This document shows, piece by piece, positions 7,606 through 15,858 of a stretch of 40,629 nt of DNA; the stretch's first letter is position 1, and each line of letters opens with the position of its first letter. The DNA is from Sphaerochaetaceae bacterium (lineage in GTDB: Bacteria > Spirochaetota > Spirochaetia > Sphaerochaetales > Sphaerochaetaceae): NCBI GenBank assembly GCA_045225895.1, contig JBGVBT010000016.1, forward strand, positions 1-40,629, given 5' to 3'. A program made the translations under genes and the position numbers. The notes beneath the pieces were generated by a model. That model saw nothing but the letters and a program-made list of their open reading frames with translations. It did not search any database and was not told where the DNA came from.

Positions 7606-7803
7606 GACAGTCTTCCAAACGGTCTTGCGGTCATGTTTATTTGCATGACCGTTCGACCGTTTCATTGTAGAAACGGAAAAGCTTTTTGTGTGAGTTAAAG
7701 GAGGGGTATTCCGTCCAGATTTCACCAGAGATACGGGAGTATACGTCAGGGAAATACAGATAACATGATTGCCACATAAAACAAAGACGGGTTATTATTG
7801 GGT

Positions 7804-8811
7804 ATGCACACTCTGATATCTGTTGTGATTCCAATCTATAATCAGGAGAAATACTTAGGGGAATGTCTTGATTCCCTGTTCCCTCATTGCACAGATGAAG
7901 TGGAAGTGGTTCTGGTCAACGATGGTTCAAAGGACAGAAGCCCTGATATCTGCAGGGAGTATATCAGCAGATATCCGGAGGTTAATGCTAAACTAATAAA
8001 TCAGGAAAACAGCGGTTCTCTCAAAAGCAGAGTCAATGGAGTGCGGAATGCTTCCGGAGATTACATCCAGTTCGTGGATTCGGATGACATTCTTCTTGAA
8101 AACGCATTCGAGATCATCCTTGGGACGCTGCACAGTCATTCTGTTGATTTGCTGCTGTTCAACGCAACTTCAGACCAAAAGACGAAAAAACCGGTTTTCA
8201 ACATCCCTTTGGTCCAGTCCAAAGAACTGACAGGTGATGAAAAGTACCCCGTCTATGAACTGCTTTGTGGAAGTAATGTCCTGAACAACCTTTGGACAAA
8301 GTGCATCAGAAAGGAGCTGTACCAGGAAGCAGGATTGCCCAAGGAGGGGCAACGTCTTACAAATGGTGAAGATCTGTTCCAGATTCTCGATATAGTAGAT
8401 AAGGCAAAGAGTGTTATCTATATTGACTGTGTCCTTTACTTCTACAGGGTCATGACTGACAGCATATCAAGAATCTACAATCCGTACTATTTCGATTCCG
8501 AGAAAACCGTCTGTGCCAAACGGCTTGAGTATGCTGGAAAGTGGAGTAGGAACAAAGAGCTAGTCTCCCTTGTGAAAACGCAGACCTACAAGATTATGAG
8601 AGAGACCGCCAGAAAGGTGCTGATTGCCGACATGTCATGGAAGGAAGTTAAAAAAGAAATGCAGAAACTAAGGGACGACTCCTTCTTCAGAGAATACTAT
8701 TACGATTGTCGGATTGCTCCTGACAACAGATTCCGTATTCTGAAAGCCCCTTATCCGGTCATGCATGCCGCGCGGATACTCCGCAGCATAAAGAAGGGCT
8801 TCAAGAGATGA
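7804..8811 (+). CDS. Family 2 glycosyltransferase
   Basis: MHTLISVVIPIYNQEKYLGECLDSL...VVLVNDGSKDRS...FVDSDD. The track ORF starts at TTG 7798, and I prefer the ATG at 7804. Confidence 0.85.
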   Translation: MHTLISVVIPIYNQEKYLGECLDSLFPHCTDEVEVVLVNDGSKDRSPDICREYISRYPEVNAKLINQENSGSLKSRVNGVRNASGDYIQFVDSDDILLENAFEIILGTLHSHSVDLLLFNATSDQKTKKPVFNIPLVQSKELTGDEKYPVYELLCGSNVLNNLWTKCIRKELYQEAGLPKEGQRLTNGEDLFQILDIVDKAKSVIYIDCVLYFYRVMTDSISRIYNPYYFDSEKTVCAKRLEYAGKWSRNKELVSLVKTQTYKIMRETARKVLIADMSWKEVKKEMQKLRDDSFFREYYYDCRIAPDNRFRILKAPYPVMHAARILRSIKKGFKR

Positions 8812-10349
8812 AGATAGAGAGGACGAGGAATGCTGCCCGAAATGTAGTGTTTGACGGCACGCTGAAAATGTTCAACCTCGCGATGCCGCTGATAATGCGC
8901 CGCATTATTCTCTTTTACCTCGGTGTCAAATATCTTGGTCTCAGCGGGCTTTTCAATTCAATCCTTTCTTTCCTGAATCTTGCGGAACTTGGTGTCGGAA
9001 GCGCCATGATCTTCAGCATGTACAAGCCTATAGCCGAAGATGACACCGATACAATATGCGCCCTTATGCGGTTGTACCGGACATTCTATCGGGTGATCGG
9101 ACTGTTCATAGCAGTTGTCGGGCTGGCGATAACTCCTTTGCTCAGGCGCCTGGTTCACGGCGATGTCCCTGCGGGAATAAACCTGTACATACTCTATTAC
9201 ATGAATCTGGCATCGACGGTGCTGACATATTGGCTGTTTGCCTACAAGAACTGCCTGCTTCATGCCCACCAGAGAACGGATGTCGGAAGCAAGATTACAC
9301 TTGTCATAAACATAATCCTGAACATAGTCAGGGTATTCGTCTTGGTCTTTTTTCAAAGCTATTACTTGTATCTCGGTGCACAGCTTGTCTCTCAGATCAT
9401 CGAGAACATAGTCAAGTCCATTGTGGTTTCCAGAATGTATCCGAACTACAGTCCAAGGGGTAGCCTGAGCAAGGAGAAGGTCAGGGACATAACACACAGG
9501 GTGAGGGATCTGTTTACAGCCAAGTTCTCCGGTGTAATTCTGAATTCTGCGGATACGCTTGTCATCTCGTCTTTTCTTGGTCTTGTTCCTCTTGCTTTGT
9601 TCCAGAACTATTTCTACATCATCAATGCGCTTCGCGGAATCCTTTTCGTTTTCCTTTCCGCCTGCAAGGCGGGAATTGGAAACAGTCTTGTTACGGAAAG
9701 CGTGGAGAAGAACTACTACGATCTGAGGAAGCTCAGTCTTTTGTTCAACTGGATTATCGGTCTTGCCAGTACAATGCTGCTTTGTCTGTATCAGCCGTTC
9801 ATGAGCATCTGGATGGGAGAGGACTACCTTTTGAGTCTCGGATGCATGTTCTGCTTTGTTCTGTACCTGTATGTCTACGAAATAAACAGACTGGTCACAT
9901 TATACAAGGATGCCGCAGGCATCTGGCACAAGGATCGTTTCCGCCCTCTGGTGGCATCGCTCGTGAACCTGGGGCTGAACCTTGCAACGGTTCAATGGCT
10001 CGGGCTGTACGGTGTGGTCCTTTCTACGGTTGTATCCATTGTGTTTGTTGAGTTGCCCTGGCTGCTGCATAACCTCTTCCACGAGGTGTTTCCTTCGGAT
10101 CTGTTGTGGAAGTATCTCAGGGATTTGGTTAAATATGTTGCAGCGACAGGATTGTCGTTCCTTGCATCTTGGAATCTGTGCAATCTGTATCATTTCGGTC
10201 ACTGGCCGACTTTGATTCTGAACGCCATAATCAGCTTCGCTGTCTTCAATCTGGCGTTTTACCTTCTGTTCTTCAGGACAACGCTGTTCAAGGACTCGCT
10301 CCGCATCGTCATCAAAACCATATCGCGGAAGAAAAAAGTCAGTGCATAA
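8808..10349 (+). CDS. Wzx-type polysaccharide flippase (MOP / Polysacc_synt family)
   Basis: 513 aa with about 12-14 TM helices. The N-terminus, RNVVFDGTLKMFNLAMPLIMRRIILFYLGVKYLGLSGLFNSILSFLNLAELGVGSAMIF, is typical of the family. ATGA overlap with the upstream GT2. Confidence 0.8.
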   Translation: MKIERTRNAARNVVFDGTLKMFNLAMPLIMRRIILFYLGVKYLGLSGLFNSILSFLNLAELGVGSAMIFSMYKPIAEDDTDTICALMRLYRTFYRVIGLFIAVVGLAITPLLRRLVHGDVPAGINLYILYYMNLASTVLTYWLFAYKNCLLHAHQRTDVGSKITLVINIILNIVRVFVLVFFQSYYLYLGAQLVSQIIENIVKSIVVSRMYPNYSPRGSLSKEKVRDITHRVRDLFTAKFSGVILNSADTLVISSFLGLVPLALFQNYFYIINALRGILFVFLSACKAGIGNSLVTESVEKNYYDLRKLSLLFNWIIGLASTMLLCLYQPFMSIWMGEDYLLSLGCMFCFVLYLYVYEINRLVTLYKDAAGIWHKDRFRPLVASLVNLGLNLATVQWLGLYGVVLSTVVSIVFVELPWLLHNLFHEVFPSDLLWKYLRDLVKYVAATGLSFLASWNLCNLYHFGHWPTLILNAIISFAVFNLAFYLLFFRTTLFKDSLRIVIKTISRKKKVSA

Positions 10350-10365
10350 ACAGGAGGAGGAAGAT

Positions 10366-11523
10366 ATGCGGGAAAGAATTGTCAAGCTGTGGCGGTTTGC
10401 CTCTGCAATGGTGAAATGGTTCCTTCTTCTGCCGTTAGCCGGAATCAGATACCATGGAAAGCATGTCTGGCTTATCTGCGAGAGGGGAAACGATGCACGT
10501 GACAACGGATATCACATGTTCAGGTACCTTCGTACAAAGCACCCTGAAACAGATGTCTGGTATATAATCACAAAGGATTCAGCGGATCTCCGCAAGGTGT
10601 CGGATCTGGGCAACGTTGTTTTTTTCGGAACAATCAGACACTGGTTGCTCTATATCCGTGCCGAAAAAATCCTCACGGCGTTCGAGCCTCATTTCAGTCC
10701 CAGCGGTAGCTATTCCTTTTACAGATTCATAAGGAAGAGAAACAGGCAGAAGATTATATTCCTGCAGCACGGTGTCATTGCAAACGACCTTCCCCTCTAT
10801 CATCAGGAGAGGTCGGGTTTCGACCTGTTCATCTGCGGAGCGAAACCCGAATACGACTTCATCTCCAGCACATTCAACTACAGAAACGGTGAGGTGCGGT
10901 ACACTGGCCTTGCCAGATTCGATGCACTTCACAATCTGAGTGTGAGACGTCAGCTTCTGATTATGCCTACCTACAGAAAGTGGTTCAGGGAACAGACCGA
11001 ATCGGAAGTGATAAGCAGTGAATATGTCAGGCGCTGGCAGGGTCTGTTGAACAATCCCGGACTGTCAGAGCTTGCTGAGAAGTACAATTATGATGTGGTT
11101 TTCTATCCGCATCAGCTCATGCAGAAATACGTCTCTCTTTTCACGTCTCCGAGCAGAAGAATCGTAGTTGCGGATTACAGACACTACGATGTCCAGCCGC
11201 TTCTCATGGAATCTGCCATGCTTGTCACGGATTATTCCAGCATCCATTTCGATTTCGCCTATATGGGTAAACCTCTTCTGTATTATCAGTTCGATGAGAA
11301 GGAGGTTTTTGAGAAGCAGTTCGGACACGGATATTTCGGATACAGGGAGTCAGGATTCGGTGAGGTTGTTTCGGAGGAAAACAATCTTGTCAATCTGTTG
11401 GAGGGATACTTCATAGACGGGCTCAAGGTCAAACCGTTTTACCGGAAACGTGTTGAAGGATTCTTTCCTCTGCATGATGACCATAACTGTGATCGCATTT
11501 ATGAAGAGATTCTCAGTCTATAG
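10366..11523 (+). CDS. CDP-glycerol glycerophosphotransferase family protein (TagB/TagF-like)
   Basis: VWLICERGNDARDNGYHMFRYLRTKHPE...FLQHGV...FICGAKPEYDF...VVFYPHQ...LVTDYSSIHFDFAYMGKPLLYYQFD. ATG at 10366 is preceded by AGGAGGAGG (10352-10360). The track ORF begins at GTG 10342. Confidence 0.8.
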   Translation: MRERIVKLWRFASAMVKWFLLLPLAGIRYHGKHVWLICERGNDARDNGYHMFRYLRTKHPETDVWYIITKDSADLRKVSDLGNVVFFGTIRHWLLYIRAEKILTAFEPHFSPSGSYSFYRFIRKRNRQKIIFLQHGVIANDLPLYHQERSGFDLFICGAKPEYDFISSTFNYRNGEVRYTGLARFDALHNLSVRRQLLIMPTYRKWFREQTESEVISSEYVRRWQGLLNNPGLSELAEKYNYDVVFYPHQLMQKYVSLFTSPSRRIVVADYRHYDVQPLLMESAMLVTDYSSIHFDFAYMGKPLLYYQFDEKEVFEKQFGHGYFGYRESGFGEVVSEENNLVNLLEGYFIDGLKVKPFYRKRVEGFFPLHDDHNCDRIYEEILSL

Positions 11524-11564
11524 GGTGTATAATGACCCTTGAGGTACACTCGGGAGGCATGCAA

Positions 11565-12590
11565 ATGGTTTTTCCTATCAGCATTAGCGTCATCATGGCC
11601 ACATACAACACTGAGATTCCGATGCTCAAGGAAGCCGTGGATAGTATCCTGAACCAGACATTTGGCGATTTCGAATTCATCATAATAGATGACGGGTCAA
11701 CAAACGACTCTGTTAATTATCTCAAAAGCATTAACGATGAGAGGGTGAGGGTAATCCGAAATACCGAGAATGTCGGAATAACAAAGTCTCTGAATGTAGG
11801 TCTCAGGGAAGCCCGGGGAAAGTATATAGCCCGTATGGACGCAGATGATATCTCTATGCCCGAGCGGTTTGAGATAGAGTTCTCATTTATGGAGAAGCAT
11901 CCGGAGGTGATTGTCTGCGGAGCCAAGATAGGAGTAATAGACGAGAACGGCAATGTTACAAAAAAAGCCAGTAAGTCAAAGACTTCTGAAGACATGGAGA
12001 GCTACCGAGTCAGAATGCTCTTTCAGAACCCTGGACCCATTCATCCAACGGCTTTCATGCGCCATGAGAAACTCATAGAGAACCACATTGCATATGATGA
12101 GAGGCTCAGGTATGCTCAGGACTACGGAATGTGGGAGACAACGAGTCACTTCGGGACTATCGTCACAATTGAGGAAGAGCTTCTGTATCACAGAAGGCAC
12201 GGAAAGCAGATTACAACTGCCAGAAGAGAAGTCCAGATGCAATGTGATAAGATGACACAGAAGAAGATCCTGACTGCGTTGCTGGGGGACGTTTCCGACG
12301 AAGAAGTGGATTTCCACTATGTCCATTCCACAGGATACTTCCCGGATGCGAGAATCTCTCCGGAGGTATCGGATTGGTATGACCGTCTGGCCAGGGCGAA
12401 CAAAAACCGCAGAATCTATGACCAGGGAAAGCTTGAGAAAAGGATTCTGACAATAAAGAAGAACCTGATACGGCAGACAATAAAACTTGACAGAATGACA
12501 GGTTTGGTAAGGATGAAGTTTGTTTTCAGGTATATTCCTTTCTTCCCGGCCTTAAGAACCTGCTTCGGGATTCTCAGGCATCCTGTCTGA
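11565..12590 (+). CDS. Family 2 glycosyltransferase
   Basis: MVFPISISVIMATYNTEIPMLKEAVDSILNQTFGDFEFIIIDDGSTNDS...ARMDADD. GGGAGG at 11552-11557 favours the ATG at 11565. The alternative ATGs at 11532 and 11559 cannot be excluded. Confidence 0.8.
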   Translation: MVFPISISVIMATYNTEIPMLKEAVDSILNQTFGDFEFIIIDDGSTNDSVNYLKSINDERVRVIRNTENVGITKSLNVGLREARGKYIARMDADDISMPERFEIEFSFMEKHPEVIVCGAKIGVIDENGNVTKKASKSKTSEDMESYRVRMLFQNPGPIHPTAFMRHEKLIENHIAYDERLRYAQDYGMWETTSHFGTIVTIEEELLYHRRHGKQITTARREVQMQCDKMTQKKILTALLGDVSDEEVDFHYVHSTGYFPDARISPEVSDWYDRLARANKNRRIYDQGKLEKRILTIKKNLIRQTIKLDRMTGLVRMKFVFRYIPFFPALRTCFGILRHPV

Positions 12591-13653
12591 TCAGAGTCTT
12601 TTCGAGTTTCCTTTTCAGATACACTGCTATAATTGACAGGACAAGACTCATTGCTATGCAAATCGACATTACTATCAAGGCAGGCATTCTAAGCTCATTA
12701 TAAAGAACCGTTCCCATGAATGCGCAACACAACGGTTGATGAATCAGATAGATCACAAGGGATTCCTTACCAAGGAAAACCAGTCTTTTCATTCCGGATT
12801 CGGAGATGGGGAAGAGCCTTTTTTCAAACACTTTTCCCAAAAGAACCATCAGACCTGGGAGCATGGTGTATCCCACACAGTAGACGGCAAATCGGGTCCA
12901 ACCTTCCACATTCAGAGAATTGCCGGAGAAGCCCGAGAAGAACCTTACCCTTACGATTATGTATATCAGGCCGAGGATTCCCCATATCCACGCTAACGTA
13001 TCGGAGAATTTCATATCCGCCATCAGAATTCCCAGACAGAATACCGGAAGATACAGCGATATGTAGGAGAAAAGAAACCACCAATCTCCCAAGGAAATCT
13101 TGTCTCGGAATGCAATACCCGCAAGTCCGATGACAATGAGAAAAATGCAGACAAGTGTTGTGTGTCTGCTGTTTGTCAAAGAATCAAACAGGCATACTAT
13201 GACGGTTATGATTATAAGAACCCACAGGAACCACAGGTGGAATGCCCAAGGGTTGTTTGCTAGAATAGCGGAGGTGATATAAGGAATGAAATCGATTTTG
13301 AAATATCCTGCATCTGACAGAATACTGCTTAAAGAAGTGCTTTTCATTGCCAAAGAGAATGCGACATAGATGAAAAGAGTATAGATTATCCAGTATGGAA
13401 ACTGCATTCTCAGACGTTTTCCAGCAATCTGAAGGGGTATTCTGCCCTTGTTTCTTGACAATCTGTATCCGTAGCCGGCAAGCCAGAAGAACCACGTCAT
13501 ATGGAATATGTAGATACTTCTGTAGAGAGCATCCAAAAAAGGATAAGCCACGCGCATTTCGTCTCTCATGCTGTGCCCTATGAGAACCAGAAGAATGGCC
13601 ACTCCTTTAGAAATGTCTATCCAGACAAGACGTCCGTTCTTCTCTTTTTCCAT
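12574..13653 (-). CDS. Acyltransferase family 3 membrane protein (probable polysaccharide O-acetyltransferase)
   Basis: 359 aa and polytopic. N-terminal RLVWIDISKGVAILLVLIGHS is typical of Acyl_transf_3. It is the last gene of the minus-strand operon. Confidence 0.8.
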   Translation of the reverse strand: MEKEKNGRLVWIDISKGVAILLVLIGHSMRDEMRVAYPFLDALYRSIYIFHMTWFFWLAGYGYRLSRNKGRIPLQIAGKRLRMQFPYWIIYTLFIYVAFSLAMKSTSLSSILSDAGYFKIDFIPYITSAILANNPWAFHLWFLWVLIIITVIVCLFDSLTNSRHTTLVCIFLIVIGLAGIAFRDKISLGDWWFLFSYISLYLPVFCLGILMADMKFSDTLAWIWGILGLIYIIVRVRFFSGFSGNSLNVEGWTRFAVYCVGYTMLPGLMVLLGKVFEKRLFPISESGMKRLVFLGKESLVIYLIHQPLCCAFMGTVLYNELRMPALIVMSICIAMSLVLSIIAVYLKRKLEKTLIRQDA

Positions 13654-13656
13654 AAC

Positions 13657-14568
13657 TCAGTAAATATCCACAACAACCAGTTCAGGAGGATTGTTCACCC
13701 TGATTTTACCGCCGATTCCGCGGCTGACAACAACCCATGTGTTGTTTACTTCGTGCACTCCGTCCGTAAACTGGGGGAAGAATCCCGACACCGAATGGTA
13801 CAGTCCTCCGATGAAGGGAATCACTACTATTCCGCCGTGAAGATGCCCGCAGAGGGCCATATCTATGTCACAGTTCAGCAATGCACCGTCATTGAAGAAG
13901 TACTGCGGATAATGAACAAGAAGGAGCCTGTAGTTGGTAGTCTGCAGATAACGTTGCCAGAATCTCTGGGTATAATCTGCATCCAATGCGTTCGGGTTTG
14001 CGGAAAGACCTCCTATGTCTATGAGGTTTCCGTTGACATTGACGGTCACGTACTTGTTGTGCAGAACATGAACTCCCAGATTCTCCAGATCCACGTTGAC
14101 CGTGCTTGTCTGCTTGACCCTGATGACTTCTTTTTCATGGTTTCCGTAGCAGAAGTAGACAGGAGCCACGTTGACCAGCTGTCTGCAGAGCTCGACAACA
14201 ACGGAGTAGTCGGTCTCATTCATATCAACCATGTCTCCGGTCATTGCAATGATATCCGGTTTAAGACGGATTATCTCGTTGACAAGAACGGAGTTGTTTT
14301 CTCCGTATTCCTTGAGGTGGAGATCCGAAAGCTGGACAATGCGGATCCGGTTGTTTATCTTCTTGTCCTCGATCTCGTAGAACGTGACTACGAATTTCGA
14401 GTTGTCACACAGACGTACCACCGTCAATACGGCCAGTCCGACAATCAGAATGACGATAATCCATCTGATGAGCAGTTTTCTTTTGTGAGGATCTTTAAGA
14501 AAGGAAAGAAAGTGTTTTTTCTGTTTTTCCGAAGCCGGTTTTTCTTCGTTTTTTATTTCTTTATCCAT
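13657..14568 (-). CDS. Membrane-anchored calcineurin-like metallophosphoesterase
   Basis: 303 aa. N-terminal Lys-rich segment then TM helix IIVILIVGLAVLTVV. Motifs are VQLSDLHL, MTGDMVD, YGNHE and CGHLHGG. Confidence 0.85.
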   Translation of the reverse strand: MDKEIKNEEKPASEKQKKHFLSFLKDPHKRKLLIRWIIVILIVGLAVLTVVRLCDNSKFVVTFYEIEDKKINNRIRIVQLSDLHLKEYGENNSVLVNEIIRLKPDIIAMTGDMVDMNETDYSVVVELCRQLVNVAPVYFCYGNHEKEVIRVKQTSTVNVDLENLGVHVLHNKYVTVNVNGNLIDIGGLSANPNALDADYTQRFWQRYLQTTNYRLLLVHYPQYFFNDGALLNCDIDMALCGHLHGGIVVIPFIGGLYHSVSGFFPQFTDGVHEVNNTWVVVSRGIGGKIRVNNPPELVVVDIY

Positions 14569-15857
14569 GAAGATCTCCTATCCGAATCAGGAATTATTTT
14601 TCTTGTCAGAGATTCAGCGAAGGCCGATTTGTCTGCCAGGACCAGAGCCAGAGGCAGAACGTGCCATGCAATCTGAGGACAGTATTTCTCGATTGTATTG
14701 TCAGTCATGAACGTGACGAACATAAGCAGGGTGATTCCGAAATAAACCCGCGCCGCTCTGAGCGAGTATGTTCTCTGAAGGAACGTGTATGTGAAAATGT
14801 ATGTCACGAGACACCAGAGCAGGTTCATCGGCATTCCCAGTTCCACGTAAAGACGCAGTACATCACAGTGAAGACGCCTGTTGCCCGTCACCTCCATGAC
14901 TTCAAGAATCTTGGAAACCCTTCCGAAGCCCAGCCCCATATAGGTGGGACTTATCGTGTAATACGGTTTTACATGACCGTACAGACGTTTTCTTCCCATC
15001 AGGTTGATTCCCAGGGAATCGGTGATTTCGAACCAGATATCGGTCCTGATCAGAATTACGAACACTATGCTGATGACAATGAGAAGCACCCCGATTGCCA
15101 CGGAATAATTGATCTGATTCCTCTTGCTGAAACGCTTTGCAATGAAGATATAGATGATTCCAACAGCTAGAGCTGGAAACAGAATCCTCTTCAGTCCAGT
15201 GATGAAGTAGAACCCCAGAGCCAGGATATAGAACCTGCGCCAATGCTCGTCCTGTCCATCGACTATGTAATAAACAAGAAGGATTCCTATACCGAAAGTA
15301 AGATCTTGGACTTCCAGTTTTCTTGAGATCACATTGTCTACAGAACCGAGGGACATGATGAACTGGGAGAAACCCGTGATTGTAGTCATGACCCCGAATC
15401 TGCGCATGACATCCAGAAGAATCAGGGTATTAGCCAGAATGAAGCCCTGTGCCGTGTATTCTATGGCCTTTTTCCCGAACAATACTCCTGGGAAGACCAG
15501 CATTACCAGAAGCAGAAGCTGGTAGAGGACCAGTGATGAACCTCGCAAGATTGAAGCAAGTGTTTCCCTTTGCCATACCCATAGAGCCACGGACCAAACA
15601 ACAATAATCAGATTCGGAATCATCTGAAAAGCCATTACATTCACTGAAGTGTTCAAACGGGATGTGTTTCCGGAAACAAAAATCCATGCTATGCCGAACA
15701 CGATGATTGCTCCATAGGCGAACTGAGTGACATACCATGGAACTTCGACCAAATGGAAGTATCCTTTGAGGTTCGATACGGCGATGAGGCTGGCATATAT
15801 CAATCCTGCAAACCAACCTGCGTACCGTTTTTCCGACTTCAGCGAAGACTGTCCCAT
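14553..15857 (-). CDS. Wzy-type polysaccharide polymerase / O-antigen ligase family membrane protein
   Basis: 434 aa with about 10-12 TM helices and a larger loop near residues 290-340. Its position in a Wzx/PCP locus supports the call. The call rests on topology and context rather than on a strict motif. Confidence 0.65.
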   Translation of the reverse strand: MGQSSLKSEKRYAGWFAGLIYASLIAVSNLKGYFHLVEVPWYVTQFAYGAIIVFGIAWIFVSGNTSRLNTSVNVMAFQMIPNLIIVVWSVALWVWQRETLASILRGSSLVLYQLLLLVMLVFPGVLFGKKAIEYTAQGFILANTLILLDVMRRFGVMTTITGFSQFIMSLGSVDNVISRKLEVQDLTFGIGILLVYYIVDGQDEHWRRFYILALGFYFITGLKRILFPALAVGIIYIFIAKRFSKRNQINYSVAIGVLLIVISIVFVILIRTDIWFEITDSLGINLMGRKRLYGHVKPYYTISPTYMGLGFGRVSKILEVMEVTGNRRLHCDVLRLYVELGMPMNLLWCLVTYIFTYTFLQRTYSLRAARVYFGITLLMFVTFMTDNTIEKYCPQIAWHVLPLALVLADKSAFAESLTRKIIPDSDRRSSWIKK

Positions 15858-15858
15858 C

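Noticed and set aside
7549-7797. A possible c-di-GMP riboswitch or other leader RNA in front of the plus-strand polysaccharide operon. I made the same check at 23767-23880 in front of the minus-strand operon.
   Set aside because: I could not find the GEMM-I hallmarks (a GGCAAACC-like element and ACGCAAAGC) or a convincing multi-stem fold by eye. Only short hairpins are present. A covariance-model scan (Rfam RF01051, RF01786) would be decisive.
7637-7834. A 65-aa minus-strand ORF in the feo/GT2 intergenic region.
   Set aside because: It has no SD, it overlaps the GT2 start, and its composition is unremarkable. The region is better explained as terminator hairpins plus the promoter and leader of the plus-strand polysaccharide operon.
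13501-14676. A 391-aa plus-strand ORF.
   Set aside because: It lies antisense to the metallophosphoesterase and wzy genes. The minus-strand frames carry clear family motifs (DLHL, GNHE, GHLHGG), while this translation is low-complexity with no recognisable motif and no SD. It is a shadow ORF.
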